Origin: an uncultured Muribaculaceae bacterium
Lineage (GTDB): Bacteria > Bacteroidota > Bacteroidia > Bacteroidales > Muribaculaceae
Length of the DNA: 64,000 nucleotides
Assembly (NCBI GenBank): GCA_964394205.1
Contig: CAYMVS010000002.1
Span: 3,062 to 67,061 of the forward strand
Reading direction: 5' to 3'
Shown: positions 9,342-19,607 of the stretch, one piece after another
How positions within the stretch are numbered: the stretch's first letter is position 1
How the letters are laid out: every line of letters starts with the position of its first letter
Position numbers and translations under genes: made by a program
The notes under the pieces: generated by a model
What the model was told of the DNA's origin: nothing
The model's input: the letters and a program-made list of their open reading frames with translations, nothing else
The model's database searches: none

Positions 9342-9968
9342 TCATTGGTCTTGGAGCTCCTTGTTGCGGCTACGGTGAACCCAAATGATGCAGGCCACCA
9401 CGATGAGAGCCATGGGTGGCAAAATCATCAGGCCATTGTTGACATAGCCATGCTCGTAGGCTGCCGGGGGTATCACGTCATAGCCCAACAGAGAGCCTGA
9501 ACCGAGCAACTCACGGAAGAAACCGACAATGACAAGGATGATGGCATAGCCGACACCGTTGCCCACGCCGTCAAGAAACGAAGGCCAAGGCCGGTTGGCC
9601 ATGGCAAAGGCCTCGAGTCGACCCATGAGAATACAGTTGGTGATAATCAAGCCTATAAACACCGACAGCTGCTTGCTCGCGTCGTAGGCGTATGCCTTGA
9701 GCAACTGATCGACGATCACCACAAGACCGGCCACAACCACCAGTTGCACGATGATGCGGATATTTGTCGGGATGGTGTTTCTGAGCAACGAGATGATAAC
9801 ATTTGAAAACGCAAGGACGGCGGTCACCGAGATGCCCATCACAATAGCGGGCTCGAGCTTGGCTGTGACAGCCAGCACCGAGCATATACCAAGCACCTGA
9901 ACGATGACAGGATTGTCCTTGGAAAAAGGATTGAAAAGGACTGAACGATTGTTGATTTTTTCTGCCAT
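9342..9968 (-). CDS. nqrD: Na+-translocating NADH:quinone oxidoreductase subunit D
   Basis: 208-aa polytopic membrane protein of the NqrD/RnfE type (NPVIVQVLGICSVLAVT, LIITNCILMGR), in operon position. Confidence 0.9.
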   Translation of the reverse strand: MAEKINNRSVLFNPFSKDNPVIVQVLGICSVLAVTAKLEPAIVMGISVTAVLAFSNVIISLLRNTIPTNIRIIVQLVVVAGLVVIVDQLLKAYAYDASKQLSVFIGLIITNCILMGRLEAFAMANRPWPSFLDGVGNGVGYAIILVIVGFFRELLGSGSLLGYDVIPPAAYEHGYVNNGLMILPPMALIVVACIIWVHRSRNKELQDQ

Positions 9969-9977
9969 GACTGAAGG

Positions 9978-10688
9978 TTACTTAAGTGATTTCAAAAATT
10001 GTTGATAAGGACGCAGGCTGTTGGCAAGCATTGTCGAGACACCCGTAGATGTGATTGTGCCACCCGAGATGGCATCGACATAATCCTGGCCGGGAGCCGG
10101 TTTCAATCCCTTTTTGAGAACGGCAATCGAGGTGAAGTCGCCATTTTCGTTAAAGAGTGACTTACCGTCAAACTGATCGCTGAAAAACGACTTTTCTATC
10201 TCTGCGCCAAGCCCCGGGGTCTCCCCCTGATGAGCGAAATAGGCTCCATAGACTGTCAGACCATCGCTGTTCATAGCGATATATCCCCATATCGGGCCCC
10301 AAAGTCCCGCGCCATACATCGGCAGGATGTATTTCAACTGACCGTCGGAGGGAACACGACAAACAAACACCGGCAGCTGTCGCTCATTCTCTTTAAGTTT
10401 CACCTGAGCGGCAACATCGACATCAAACGCGTTTCCCTCGACGCGCTCGCCGCGAGAGTCAACAATGAACTGCTCGACGATGAGCTTCTCGTAGGTCTGA
10501 CGAACCGAGTCGGATGCCGGGACGACATGGACCGACGCAAGAATCTGCTTCATCTTGTCGGCGCTGATATTCTCGTTCTGACGCTCACGCAACGAGAGCG
10601 AGGTAAACGCCAACCCGGTGCCGACAATCAACACCAGCACTATTATATAAATGATGGTGTATATATTACTCTGTTTATTAATAGCCAT
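9978..10688 (-). CDS. nqrC: Na+-translocating NADH:quinone oxidoreductase subunit C
   Basis: Single N-terminal TM helix, an FMN-binding domain with a covalent-flavin-type motif (ISGGTITSTG), 236 aa. Confidence 0.9.
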   Translation of the reverse strand: MAINKQSNIYTIIYIIVLVLIVGTGLAFTSLSLRERQNENISADKMKQILASVHVVPASDSVRQTYEKLIVEQFIVDSRGERVEGNAFDVDVAAQVKLKENERQLPVFVCRVPSDGQLKYILPMYGAGLWGPIWGYIAMNSDGLTVYGAYFAHQGETPGLGAEIEKSFFSDQFDGKSLFNENGDFTSIAVLKKGLKPAPGQDYVDAISGGTITSTGVSTMLANSLRPYQQFLKSLK

Positions 10689-10703
10689 AATAAAGATCGT
10701 GTT

Positions 10704-11924
10704 TTAAACGTTTTGACTAACCTTGGCGCGAGACAAGCGGCGCGAGATGTTGACCTGAACCACACAATAATCAATGAGCGGTGCAAAGGCATTCATCAAC
10801 AGCACTGCCAGCATAGCCCCCTCGGGATAACCATTGTTGTAGGTGCGTATGAGTACCGCGATGACTCCGGTCAGGAAACCGTAGATGAACTTGCCGACAC
10901 CGGTGCGCGAGGCTGTGACCGGGTCGGTCGCCATAAACACTGCCGCAAAGGCAAAACCGCCGTAAAGCAATTGGTCGAGAGGCGACAGGAATGACGCCGG
11001 ATAGGTTGGCGTGGCAAAGATATTGGCAATCCACCCCATCAGCAGACCGCCGGCAAACACCGACAGCATGATGCGCCACGAGGCGATCCCGGCCGACAGA
11101 AGTATAACCGCACCGATGAGAATACACAATGTCGAGGTCTCGCCAAAAGAGCCCGGTATAAGACCGATGAAAGCATCCCACGAGGAGATCGGGTCGCCAA
11201 CGATGTTGCGCAGTGTCAACACACCCTCGGTGTGGGTGGCGATCTGCCCCAACGGGGTCGCTCCCGATATACCGTCGGCAAAATTCACTGTACCTCCAAG
11301 ACCGCATATCGGACCCGACGAGATGAACACACTGTCGCCACTCATTTGTGCCGGGTAGGCAAAGAAGAGGAACGCGCGGGCCACCAACGCCACATTAAAA
11401 ATATTATAACCTGTACCGCCAAACACCTCTTTTGCAAAGACAACGGCAAAAGCGGTTGCCACGGCGAGCATCCACAGCGGGGTCTCGATCGGGCATATAA
11501 GCGGAATCAGGATACCTGTCACAAGAAAGCCCTCCTGAATCTCTTCATGACGCCATTGGGCCACGACAAACTCGATGCCAAGACCTACAACGTAGGTGAC
11601 AACAATGCGCGGCAATATCGCCAGAAAGCCATAAAGCAACATCTGCCACATAGACATGTCGACTCCCGAGCCTAACGCGTTTTGATAACCGGTGTTATAC
11701 ATTCCCATTATCAGACACGGCATCAAAGCCAGCACCACGATTATCATCAGTCGTTTTGAGTCAAAATTGTCGTGAATGTGTGAGCCTGATGTCGAGGTGG
11801 TGTTGGGGGTGAACAGGAATGTCTCAAACCCGTCAAACACCGACTCAAATGCGTGTAACTTGCCGCCCTCACTGAAGGCGGGTTTCACACGGTCAATATA
11901 TTTCTTTAAAAATTTCATAATCAA
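10704..11924 (-). CDS. nqrB: Na+-translocating NADH:quinone oxidoreductase subunit B
   Basis: 406-aa polytopic protein with the SGAT flavinylation motif (GISGATPLG) typical of NqrB/RnfD. Confidence 0.92.
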   Translation of the reverse strand: MIMKFLKKYIDRVKPAFSEGGKLHAFESVFDGFETFLFTPNTTSTSGSHIHDNFDSKRLMIIVVLALMPCLIMGMYNTGYQNALGSGVDMSMWQMLLYGFLAILPRIVVTYVVGLGIEFVVAQWRHEEIQEGFLVTGILIPLICPIETPLWMLAVATAFAVVFAKEVFGGTGYNIFNVALVARAFLFFAYPAQMSGDSVFISSGPICGLGGTVNFADGISGATPLGQIATHTEGVLTLRNIVGDPISSWDAFIGLIPGSFGETSTLCILIGAVILLSAGIASWRIMLSVFAGGLLMGWIANIFATPTYPASFLSPLDQLLYGGFAFAAVFMATDPVTASRTGVGKFIYGFLTGVIAVLIRTYNNGYPEGAMLAVLLMNAFAPLIDYCVVQVNISRRLSRAKVSQNV

Positions 11925-11935
11925 ATGGATTAAGG

Positions 11936-13273
11936 TTATGCCTCCTCGCGGCGCAGGTAGTCAAGACCGTCTCTGACGAGTTTCTGCAACTCCAGTTTGG
12001 AGGGATCCACATATTCACAAAGAGCGACATCTTCGGGTGCGATCTCATATATTCCCAATTGCTCCATGCGGTCAATGTCTCGTGAATTGATCGCCTTGAA
12101 AAGATATTCAGGCAATATATCCATGGGGAGCACCTTGTCATACACCCCCGACATGATCATAGCCCGTCGGCCACCATGGATGCGGGCATCGGGCCTGAAC
12201 AATTTTTTGAGGAAGTGACCCGGGAACGAGCGGCTCTCGCTCATCTTGTCGGGAGCCATCGAGGCCCACCCCATAAACTCATCGGCATCGTCGCCCTCGG
12301 GGATGACGGTCACCTGACGGTAAGGGAAATGCAGATAGCCCGACAAGTCGGTTTTAACGCCGGTCAACACATTTCCGGCAATCACCCTCAGGTGGGCGGT
12401 ATCACTGTCCAACTGGTTTTTGAGCAATGATGTCAGATCGGCGCCAATCACAGTATTAACAAGGCGCGGGGCTTTCAGCTCCGAGCCGGTCAAAGCGACA
12501 GTCGTGTTCATGTCGACCACCCCATCTTTCATCATTCGTCCAATACGGTACAGAGTCGTCACATCAAGAGTCCAGATTGTCTCCCCCTTGTTGACCGGCG
12601 CTATATTGGCAGCCTGAATACCGGCATTGCCAGCCGGATGGGGACCGGCAACATCGACCATGACGGCACCCTCCACATCAACATCAGACCCCGCGGGGAC
12701 AGACAGGTAAACCTCGCCCGTGGTCAGTTGGCTGAGCGCTTTCACACCGGCCGCCAACACCGCCTGGTCATAGCTCTCTATCGCCGGCATGCAGGCCAAT
12801 GGCGCCGTGTCGAGCGCCGTTACAAAAATGTCGCGTGGTGTCTTGTCGACAACGGGTACAATATCGTAGGGCCGCTGTCTCATCATCGCCCACAGGCCGT
12901 AGCTCTGCATCGCGTCCTTTATCGAGGCGGCATCAGCGGCCGGTTTCCCGACATTAAACGTGGCCGGGTCTTGAAAGGCCGGCTCGACCTCGATGCGTTC
13001 AATCTTACGACGCAGGCCGCGAACGACGGCTTTCACCGTTCCCGTCACGGGCGACACAATCTTGACAGTCTCGACATTCTTATCTCTTAATAACGGATCG
13101 CCTGCCTTGACCGAATCACCCTCTCTCACCTCGGCCTTAGGGACAAAACCGGGATAGTCGTCGGGAATCAAGGCAACGATTTGTGGCTCGACTCTTGTCG
13201 CCGCGACAGCTGCATCAACCGCTCCGGCAAGGTGCAAGTCCAAACCACGCTTTACAGTAAGTTGCTTTCTCAT
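11936..13273 (-). CDS. nqrA: Na+-translocating NADH:quinone oxidoreductase subunit A
   Basis: 445-aa soluble protein starting MRKQLTVKRGLDLHLAGA. It is the first gene of six tightly spaced co-directional nqr genes. Confidence 0.9.
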   Translation of the reverse strand: MRKQLTVKRGLDLHLAGAVDAAVAATRVEPQIVALIPDDYPGFVPKAEVREGDSVKAGDPLLRDKNVETVKIVSPVTGTVKAVVRGLRRKIERIEVEPAFQDPATFNVGKPAADAASIKDAMQSYGLWAMMRQRPYDIVPVVDKTPRDIFVTALDTAPLACMPAIESYDQAVLAAGVKALSQLTTGEVYLSVPAGSDVDVEGAVMVDVAGPHPAGNAGIQAANIAPVNKGETIWTLDVTTLYRIGRMMKDGVVDMNTTVALTGSELKAPRLVNTVIGADLTSLLKNQLDSDTAHLRVIAGNVLTGVKTDLSGYLHFPYRQVTVIPEGDDADEFMGWASMAPDKMSESRSFPGHFLKKLFRPDARIHGGRRAMIMSGVYDKVLPMDILPEYLFKAINSRDIDRMEQLGIYEIAPEDVALCEYVDPSKLELQKLVRDGLDYLRREEA

Positions 13274-13304
13274 CAGTAACTCTAAATAAAACCTAATTAA
13301 AGTG

Positions 13305-13312
13305 CAAAATTA
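13305..13312 (-). promoter_or_regulatory. -7 promoter box (TAATTTTG) for the nqr operon
   Basis: caaaatta on the plus strand is TAATTTTG on the minus strand, about 32 nt upstream of the nqrA ATG. Confidence 0.5.
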
Positions 13313-13483
13313 AACATTTTTCACCAATAGCCATCCTCATCCTGAAAATTTCTTAATTTTTTGACCCGACACTAAGGGCGATATGTTAAATCCACATTTT
13401 TTAAGAACTATTATCGTCACCACGCGTTTATAAATTAAATAATTTAAAACAATTAAAACAAACCTTTATCAACAGACACAACT

Positions 13484-13978
13484 ATGAAACGTTTAATTTA
13501 CACTCTGTTAGCGCTACCACTGCTGATGCTTGCCTCTTGTAGCAACGATGACGATCTTCCTCAGGTTGATTTTGATGTCTCATTCTCGGGCGCGACAAAT
13601 GTCGACGGCACATTTTATATTGTCAAAGGCGACCAGCTGACGGTCGATGAAATCACCGTCACCCCCGAGGCCGGCACCAAACAGGCCACAATCGGCGCGG
13701 TTTCCTATATTTGGGACTACATACCCTACGGCACTGTCATTGAGTCACCTTTCACCATGTCATTGCAAACGAGCAACCTCCCCGTCGGCCGTCACGTATT
13801 GCAGATGGAGGCCTCGATACTTCAAGTGGATAAAGCCATTGGCATGGCCTACTTCTCCTACCCTGTTGTCATTGTAGAGTCGGCCGAGGATATTCCTACC
13901 GATGGCACTGTAGCCACAGCCGTCATCAACGATGCCAAACCCACCATCCGCTCGGGCACAGGCGCCAAATTTGACTGA
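13484..13978 (+). CDS. small lipoprotein, function unknown (Ig-like beta-sandwich look)
   Basis: Lipobox LLMLASCSNDDD. 164 aa of beta-rich sequence, followed by its own hairpin terminator. Confidence 0.6.
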   Translation: MKRLIYTLLALPLLMLASCSNDDDLPQVDFDVSFSGATNVDGTFYIVKGDQLTVDEITVTPEAGTKQATIGAVSYIWDYIPYGTVIESPFTMSLQTSNLPVGRHVLQMEASILQVDKAIGMAYFSYPVVIVESAEDIPTDGTVATAVINDAKPTIRSGTGAKFD

Positions 13979-14003
13979 CAGAAACCGACTGAAACATATC
14001 TTA

Positions 14004-14050
14004 CACTGACAGCGACTGCCTCTTTGAGGTGGTCGCTGTCAGTGCTTTTT
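14004..14050 (+). terminator. rho-independent terminator
   Basis: Stem cactgacagcgac (14004-14016) / gtcgctgtcagtg (14032-14044), followed by cttttt. Confidence 0.7.
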
Positions 14051-14141
14051 CAACAACATTTGGAAAAAACAGGCATGAGTGTTTGTCCGATGAAAAAAAA
14101 TTATATAAATTCGCATTCATAAACACAAACCCGCTTTATCT

Positions 14142-14705
14142 ATGGTTTATCTTTTTAGAATAGTATCCGATGAAGTCGACGACTTCAAACGCGAGATAGA
14201 AATTGATGCCGACACCACATTCCTTGACCTGCGCAACGCCATCATCGATGCCGTGGGCTACAGCAAGGGGCAGATGGCTTCATTTTTCCTTTGTGACCGC
14301 TCATGGGAGAAAGACAAGGAGATAACTCTTGAAGACATGACGATGGATTCATCGGTCGACCCCCTACTGATGGAAGAATGTGTCATCTCCGACTTTGTTG
14401 AAGATGAAGGTCAGCGACTCATCTACACATTTGACTACCTCACCGACCGCAGTTTCTTCCTTGAGATGAAGAAATCAATCCCCGGCGAGCATCTTGACAA
14501 GGCTGTGTGTGTAAGCTCGGTTGGCGATGCCCCGTCGGAGACTGTCAACCTCGATGAGTTTGACGCGGCCAACGATGCCAAAGCGGCCAAAGCGGCGGCA
14601 GCATCATCCTTTGACATTGACGACGACCTGTATGGCGACAGCCAATACAATGATGACGAGTTTGATGCCGCCGGGTTTATGGATATGGACTATGACGAGC
14701 GCTGA
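14142..14705 (+). CDS. hypothetical acidic protein, possibly pRiA4b ORF-3-like (IS1096 'passenger' TnpR-like) family
   Basis: 187 aa. The N-terminus (VYLFRIVSDEVDDFKREIEIDADTTFLDLRNAI...FFLCDRSWEK) resembles the family as I recall it. The C-terminal tail is strongly acidic. The family call comes from memory only. Confidence 0.45.
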   Translation: MVYLFRIVSDEVDDFKREIEIDADTTFLDLRNAIIDAVGYSKGQMASFFLCDRSWEKDKEITLEDMTMDSSVDPLLMEECVISDFVEDEGQRLIYTFDYLTDRSFFLEMKKSIPGEHLDKAVCVSSVGDAPSETVNLDEFDAANDAKAAKAAAASSFDIDDDLYGDSQYNDDEFDAAGFMDMDYDER

Positions 14706-14731
14706 CAGCGCCGCGCCTCATATATATATTA

Positions 14732-14772
14732 AAAAAGTCATGGACTCCCCAACCGGGTTTCCATGACTTTTT
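14732..14772. terminator. bidirectional rho-independent terminator
   Basis: aaaaagtcatgga (14732-14744) / tccatgacttttt (14760-14772). The A/T runs form part of the arms. It lies between convergent genes. Confidence 0.7.
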
Positions 14773-14792
14773 CATAGAGTCTGTTCCCTAAA

Positions 14793-17201
14793 TCAAAAGT
14801 CGATTGACAGCCTGACGTTGAGCTGACGGCGGGTCAGATAGTTGGGGACGGCATACTGGATGTCGTTGACATCGGTCACCCAATAATAGCTCGACACATT
14901 GGAAATATCGAGCAGATTAAAGCAGTCAAGCCCCAACCAGACGCTCTTTATATGCCTCAACAAGCCCGAGCGGGTGTGCCCCTCCTCAGGTGGCGACACA
15001 AGGGCGTAAGAGAGCCCGACGTCGACGCGTTTGTAGGGGGGTGTCCGGAAATATCCTTTGTCGCGGCTCGACCGCGGGGCGGTCACCGGGAGGCCGTCGG
15101 AGAAGATGCCGCGCAAATTGAATTTCAGCTTGGGCCATTTCGGGAAAAAGTCGGTGAAATAGATTGCAAAGCTGTAACGCTGGTCGCCGGGACGCGGCAC
15201 CTTGACGCCGTTGAGAGTCTCGCGGGTCTTCATGAGCGACAATGAAATCCAACTGTCCGAGCCGGGCACAAACTGGCCGAAGAGTTTGAAATCGACACCC
15301 ATTGCCATGCCGTCGGTCTCGTTTTTGCCTGAGTAGACCAGTTTAAGATTGTCTATCTCGTAGGGTATGATGTTACCGAGCGCTTTGTAGTAAGCCTCGG
15401 CCGAAAATTTAAACGGTCGGTTCAGAGCCCTGAATGTGTAGTCGGCACCGGCTATCACCTGAAACGAGCGCTGAGACTTAATGTCGCGGTTGAGAAGGAT
15501 GTTGGTATTGCCGTCGGCATCGGTGACCGGTAACCGGTACTCTTTATAAAACGGAGACTGATAGTAAAGACCGGTTGCAAATCGATAGGCCCACCGTGAG
15601 TATTTTTCGGGCACGAAACCGACGTTGACCCTCGGCGAGACAAGCCACTCTTTATTGAAACTCCAGTAGCTCGCCCTGATGCCGGCGTTAAGCGATAGAT
15701 AGCCCGCCGCGGTGTTGAGCTTGTAGGTATCCATCGCAAAGATCGACAGGCGCGACGACGAGACATCGTTGTGGGAGCTGAGATTATAGATCACCTTGAC
15801 CAGATTGGGGTCATGAGGCAAAGAGTAACCGGCCGAGTCGCGGCGTTCCCACTCGCGGGTGCGGTCGAGAATCTTCTCGTGAGACATTGACAGGCCGTAT
15901 GACAGGTTGTGGTTGGAAATACCGGTGTTGCCGCGTAGCGAGAGCTGCATCACAGAGGCTTTCAGACGGTTGCGGGCATGCTCCTGATAACGGCCCACGC
16001 CGAGCTCACCTCCCACCTCGCCGGTACCGGCCTGGTCGAGCCAATACTCGCCCGAGATGTCGTAGGCCACGAGCTCATTTGTCAGGTAGCCCGAGGCAAG
16101 TAGTGTGAAATTGGTTGATTTTGAGCGTAAATACTGCAAGGAGAGTGCGCCAAAGTAGGTTTCAAACTTGTCCTTCTCGTGGCCGTCAAAATAGACCTTA
16201 AACTGCTTGGCATCGGTCGATGTGCCAAAATTGGTCGTGCGATCCTGTGGGGTGAAACGATAGTTATTGATGGAGATGTTGCCAAGAAATGAGACTCTGA
16301 ATTTTGACGAGGGAGTGAGCGTCAGGTTTGTCTGATAGTCAAAATAGTTAGGGTCATACTCACCGCGAGTCTCCATAGAGCTCAGCAGTGAGGAGTTACG
16401 CTTGTACCTGAGGCCATGCAACTGGCTGAAACGTCGCGACGACTGGCCCAGCGACAGGCTCCCACCCATGAGCGACCCCGAGACAGAGCCTTCAAACGCT
16501 TCTGGCTGACGGTATGTGATGTCAAGCACGCTCGACATGCGGTCGCCATACTCGGCGGGGAAGCCTCCGGTTGAAAATGCGATAGAGCCGACAAGGTCGG
16601 GGTTGATGATCGACAACCCCTCCTGCTGACCCGAAGAAATCAACTGGGGCCTGTAGACCTCCACGCCATTGATATAGACACTGTTCTCGTCAAACGACCC
16701 GCCTCTGACCGAGTACTGGCTCGACATCTCGTTTGATGAGTTGACCCCGGCCATGGTCGTGATGACGCTCTCGACACTGCCGCCGCTCACGTCGGGACTG
16801 CGACGTATCTGGTCGATGGATATCTTACCCATCGTGGTCACATCTTTCTTATACTCGGTAATCTCAATTTCAGTCAGCTCCTTGGTTGCCTCCTCAAGCT
16901 TGACATTCAAGGTCACGTCACCCTTGGGGTCGAGCAACATGCGCTTGACCTCACGGTAGCCAATACATGAGAAATAGACATTTACAGTGTCGGCAGCGGC
17001 GGCCGTCAGATTGTAAGACCCGTCAAGGCCTGTGACAGTGCCTATTGCCGTCCCTCCGATACGCACCGTTGCAAATTCAACCGGTTTGTTCTGGCTGTCG
17101 GTGACGACACCATGTATCTTGACCCGCTCGACAGCGGCAAAGGCGACTATCGGGAGGAGTATCAGGATTAATATCAGTATGATTTTGACATTTTTCATCA
17201 T
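14793..17201 (-). CDS. TonB-dependent receptor with an N-terminal CarboxypepD_reg-like domain
   Basis: 802 aa. Signal peptide, then a beta-sandwich (VKIHGVVTDSQNKPVEFATVRIGGT..GSYNL), a plug-like region, and a long beta-rich barrel ending in an aromatic residue (..RLSIDF). No adjacent SusD-like gene. Confidence 0.8.
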   Translation of the reverse strand: MMKNVKIILILILILLPIVAFAAVERVKIHGVVTDSQNKPVEFATVRIGGTAIGTVTGLDGSYNLTAAAADTVNVYFSCIGYREVKRMLLDPKGDVTLNVKLEEATKELTEIEITEYKKDVTTMGKISIDQIRRSPDVSGGSVESVITTMAGVNSSNEMSSQYSVRGGSFDENSVYINGVEVYRPQLISSGQQEGLSIINPDLVGSIAFSTGGFPAEYGDRMSSVLDITYRQPEAFEGSVSGSLMGGSLSLGQSSRRFSQLHGLRYKRNSSLLSSMETRGEYDPNYFDYQTNLTLTPSSKFRVSFLGNISINNYRFTPQDRTTNFGTSTDAKQFKVYFDGHEKDKFETYFGALSLQYLRSKSTNFTLLASGYLTNELVAYDISGEYWLDQAGTGEVGGELGVGRYQEHARNRLKASVMQLSLRGNTGISNHNLSYGLSMSHEKILDRTREWERRDSAGYSLPHDPNLVKVIYNLSSHNDVSSSRLSIFAMDTYKLNTAAGYLSLNAGIRASYWSFNKEWLVSPRVNVGFVPEKYSRWAYRFATGLYYQSPFYKEYRLPVTDADGNTNILLNRDIKSQRSFQVIAGADYTFRALNRPFKFSAEAYYKALGNIIPYEIDNLKLVYSGKNETDGMAMGVDFKLFGQFVPGSDSWISLSLMKTRETLNGVKVPRPGDQRYSFAIYFTDFFPKWPKLKFNLRGIFSDGLPVTAPRSSRDKGYFRTPPYKRVDVGLSYALVSPPEEGHTRSGLLRHIKSVWLGLDCFNLLDISNVSSYYWVTDVNDIQYAVPNYLTRRQLNVRLSIDF

Positions 17202-17252
17202 TTACAATAACGTAATCTTAGGCAAAAAATTGCATCTTTAGGGAATATCATC

Positions 17253-17260
17253 TACTTTTG
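17253..17260 (+). promoter_or_regulatory. -7 promoter box (TACTTTTG) for the HAD-HAD-gmd-fcl unit
   Basis: TAnnTTTG match ending 9 nt before the ATG at 17270. The ORF-track TTG start (17258) lies inside this box. Confidence 0.45.
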
Positions 17261-17269
17261 CATCTGTAT

Positions 17270-17839
17270 ATGAGCTCAGTTAAACTAATTATATGTGACT
17301 TTGACGGCACCCTGGTCGACACCTTCGAGTCAAACTTTCTCGGCTATGAGGCGGCCTTTGAGAGCCTTGGGATGTCGCTGTCGCGCGACGTTTACCGCCG
17401 CTGTTTCGGGATGCGGTTTGACCGCTTCATGGACACTCTCGACATCACCGACGGGCAGCTGCATCAAGAGATACGCGACCGTAAGACATCTTTCTATCCC
17501 CGTTTTTTTGACAAGCTCAGGGTCAACCGGCCACTCTTAAATTTTGTCAAGTCGTTTCATCAAGGGGGTGGAAAGACGGCGATTGCCTCGACAGCCCGGG
17601 TGGAAAATCTCATGAACGCCCTGCGCCACATCGATGCCGTGGGCATCTTTGACCTCATTTTGGCCGGCGAGCAGGTGAAGCACGGCAAGCCACATCCCGA
17701 AATCTATCTGAAAGTGCTTGAGCAAATGGGTGTTACCCCCAACGAGGCTCTTGTTTTTGAAGACAGCCCGGTCGGCATACAGGCCGCCGAGGCTGCCGGC
17801 ATAAACTATATCACTGTCAATCAAGCGTTTTTCAAATGA
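17270..17839 (+). CDS. HAD-superfamily hydrolase (beta-phosphoglucomutase/phosphatase-like, subfamily IA)
   Basis: Motif I DFDGTLVDT, motif II IASTA, and a distal K...EDSPVG motif. Confidence 0.75.
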   Translation: MSSVKLIICDFDGTLVDTFESNFLGYEAAFESLGMSLSRDVYRRCFGMRFDRFMDTLDITDGQLHQEIRDRKTSFYPRFFDKLRVNRPLLNFVKSFHQGGGKTAIASTARVENLMNALRHIDAVGIFDLILAGEQVKHGKPHPEIYLKVLEQMGVTPNEALVFEDSPVGIQAAEAAGINYITVNQAFFK

Positions 17840-18501
17840 CTGTTGTTTTTGATCTCGATGACACCCTCTTTGACGAGATAGACTATCTTCTGTCGGCCTA
17901 CTGGGAAATAGCACGGCTTTTGGAAGAGCGCGGAACCATGAGCCGCCGGCAGGCGTTCTCCATACTCGAGTCAAACCGAGGCCGCGATGCCTTTGACCGG
18001 CTGCTTGACTCCGAGGGGGAAAACGTGACGATGACTGTCGCTGAGATGGTCGACATATATCGCACCCACACACCCCGTCTGACCCTCCCGGCCGAGGTTG
18101 AATCAACCCTCAACTCTCTAAAAGCCAACCCTAAAGTAGACCGGATGGCAGTCATGACCGACGGTCGCGTCAACACCCAGACGGCCAAATTCAACGCCCT
18201 GGGGCTCGACAAGTGGATTGACCCATCCCTGTTGGTTATAAGCGAGGCCGCCGGGGGCGACAAACTCTCGGGACTCCCCCACGCCGTGATTGAGAGGTTG
18301 ACATCGGCCTCACCCGATAATATAATGTATATAGGCGACAACGTCGCCAAAGACTTTATCGAGGCAAACCGCCGGGGTTGGATCACGGTTATGGTGCCAC
18401 CGGGCCCCGATGCCATTCACCACGCAACAAGAATTCTTGACAAGAGCTATCGGCCACAAGTAACTCTGTCTAAGTTTGCCGACATATTAGAAATTTTGTA
18501 A
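17836..18501 (+). CDS. HAD-superfamily hydrolase
   Basis: Motif I VVFDLDDTLFDE and motif IV-like YIGDNVAKD. Its start overlaps the upstream HAD stop (ATGA). Confidence 0.7.
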   Translation: MTVVFDLDDTLFDEIDYLLSAYWEIARLLEERGTMSRRQAFSILESNRGRDAFDRLLDSEGENVTMTVAEMVDIYRTHTPRLTLPAEVESTLNSLKANPKVDRMAVMTDGRVNTQTAKFNALGLDKWIDPSLLVISEAAGGDKLSGLPHAVIERLTSASPDNIMYIGDNVAKDFIEANRRGWITVMVPPGPDAIHHATRILDKSYRPQVTLSKFADILEIL

Positions 18502-18506
18502 TTTTG
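18499..18506 (+). promoter_or_regulatory. possible internal -7 box (TAATTTTG) ahead of gmd
   Basis: TAATTTTG begins with the TAA stop of the second HAD gene, 22 nt upstream of the gmd ATG. Confidence 0.35.
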
Positions 18507-18527
18507 CCGATGCCAAAATAAAATCAG

Positions 18528-19607
18528 ATGAATAAAGAAAACAAAACCAACATAGCCTTAATCACAGGTATCACTGGCCAGGACGGCTCTTATCTTGCCG
18601 AGTTTTTGCTTGAAAAGGGGTATGAGGTGCACGGCATCATACGCCGCAGCTCGTCGTTCAACACCGGACGCATCGAGCATCTGTATCTCGACGAGTGGGT
18701 TCGCGACATGCATCGCGAGCGGCTGCTCCACCTCCACTATGGCGACATGACCGACTCGTCGTCGCTCATAAGAATAATCCAGGAGGTTCAGCCCACCGAG
18801 ATATACAATCTTGCGGCACAGAGCCATGTGAAGGTATCGTTTGACGTGCCCGAATACACGGCCGATACCGATGCCGACGGGACGTTGCGCCTGCTCGAGG
18901 CTGTCCGCATCCTGCATCGCGAGAAACTCACCAAAATCTATCAGGCAAGCACATCGGAGCTGTTTGGCAAAGTACAGGAGGTGCCTCAACGCGAGACGAC
19001 ACCATTCTACCCGCGCAGTCCATACGCCGTGGCCAAGCTCTACGGTTTCTGGATTACCAAAAACTATCGCGAGAGCTATGGCATGTTTGCAGTCAACGGC
19101 ATCCTTTTCAACCATGAGAGCGAGCGCCGAGGAGAAAATTTCGTGACACGCAAAATCACCCTTGCCGCCGCCAGGATAGCCTCGGGCCGTCAGGACCGTC
19201 TTTACCTGGGCAACCTGAACGCACGCCGCGACTGGGGTTATGCTCCCGACTATGTTGAGTGCATGTGGCTCATAATGCAACAGGAAGAGCCCGACGACTA
19301 CGTGATTGCCACCGGCGAGTATCACACCGTTCGCGAGTTTACCACCCTTGCGTTCTCTCGCGCCGGCATCACCCTCAAGTGGGAGGGCGAGGGTATTGGA
19401 GAGCGCGGCATCGACGCCGCCACCGGCAAAGTGTTGGTCGAGGTTGACCCGCGCTTTTTCCGCCCGGCCGAGGTCGAGCAACTGCTTGGCGACCCCTCAA
19501 AGGCACGCGAGCGCCTGGGTTGGAATCCCCGTAAGACCTCATTCACCGACCTTGTCAACCGCATGGTCGACAGCGATCTCAAACTCGTCAGGGAGGGCAA
19601 GATATGA
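18528..19607 (+). CDS. gmd: GDP-mannose 4,6-dehydratase
   Basis: [37 protein letters not shown], and YAVAKLY (YxxxK). 359 aa, followed by fcl. Confidence 0.93.
   Translation: MNKENKTNIALITGITGQDGSYLAEFLLEKGYEVHGIIRRSSSFNTGRIEHLYLDEWVRDMHRERLLHLHYGDMTDSSSLIRIIQEVQPTEIYNLAAQSHVKVSFDVPEYTADTDADGTLRLLEAVRILHREKLTKIYQASTSELFGKVQEVPQRETTPFYPRSPYAVAKLYGFWITKNYRESYGMFAVNGILFNHESERRGENFVTRKITLAAARIASGRQDRLYLGNLNARRDWGYAPDYVECMWLIMQQEEPDDYVIATGEYHTVREFTTLAFSRAGITLKWEGEGIGERGIDAATGKVLVEVDPRFFRPAEVEQLLGDPSKARERLGWNPRKTSFTDLVNRMVDSDLKLVREGKI

Noticed and set aside
14142-14705. Possible mobile element, because the product resembles an IS 'passenger' family
   Set aside because: There is no transposase or integrase, no terminal inverted repeats, and no target duplications in the flanks. 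The neighbours are ordinary chromosomal genes.
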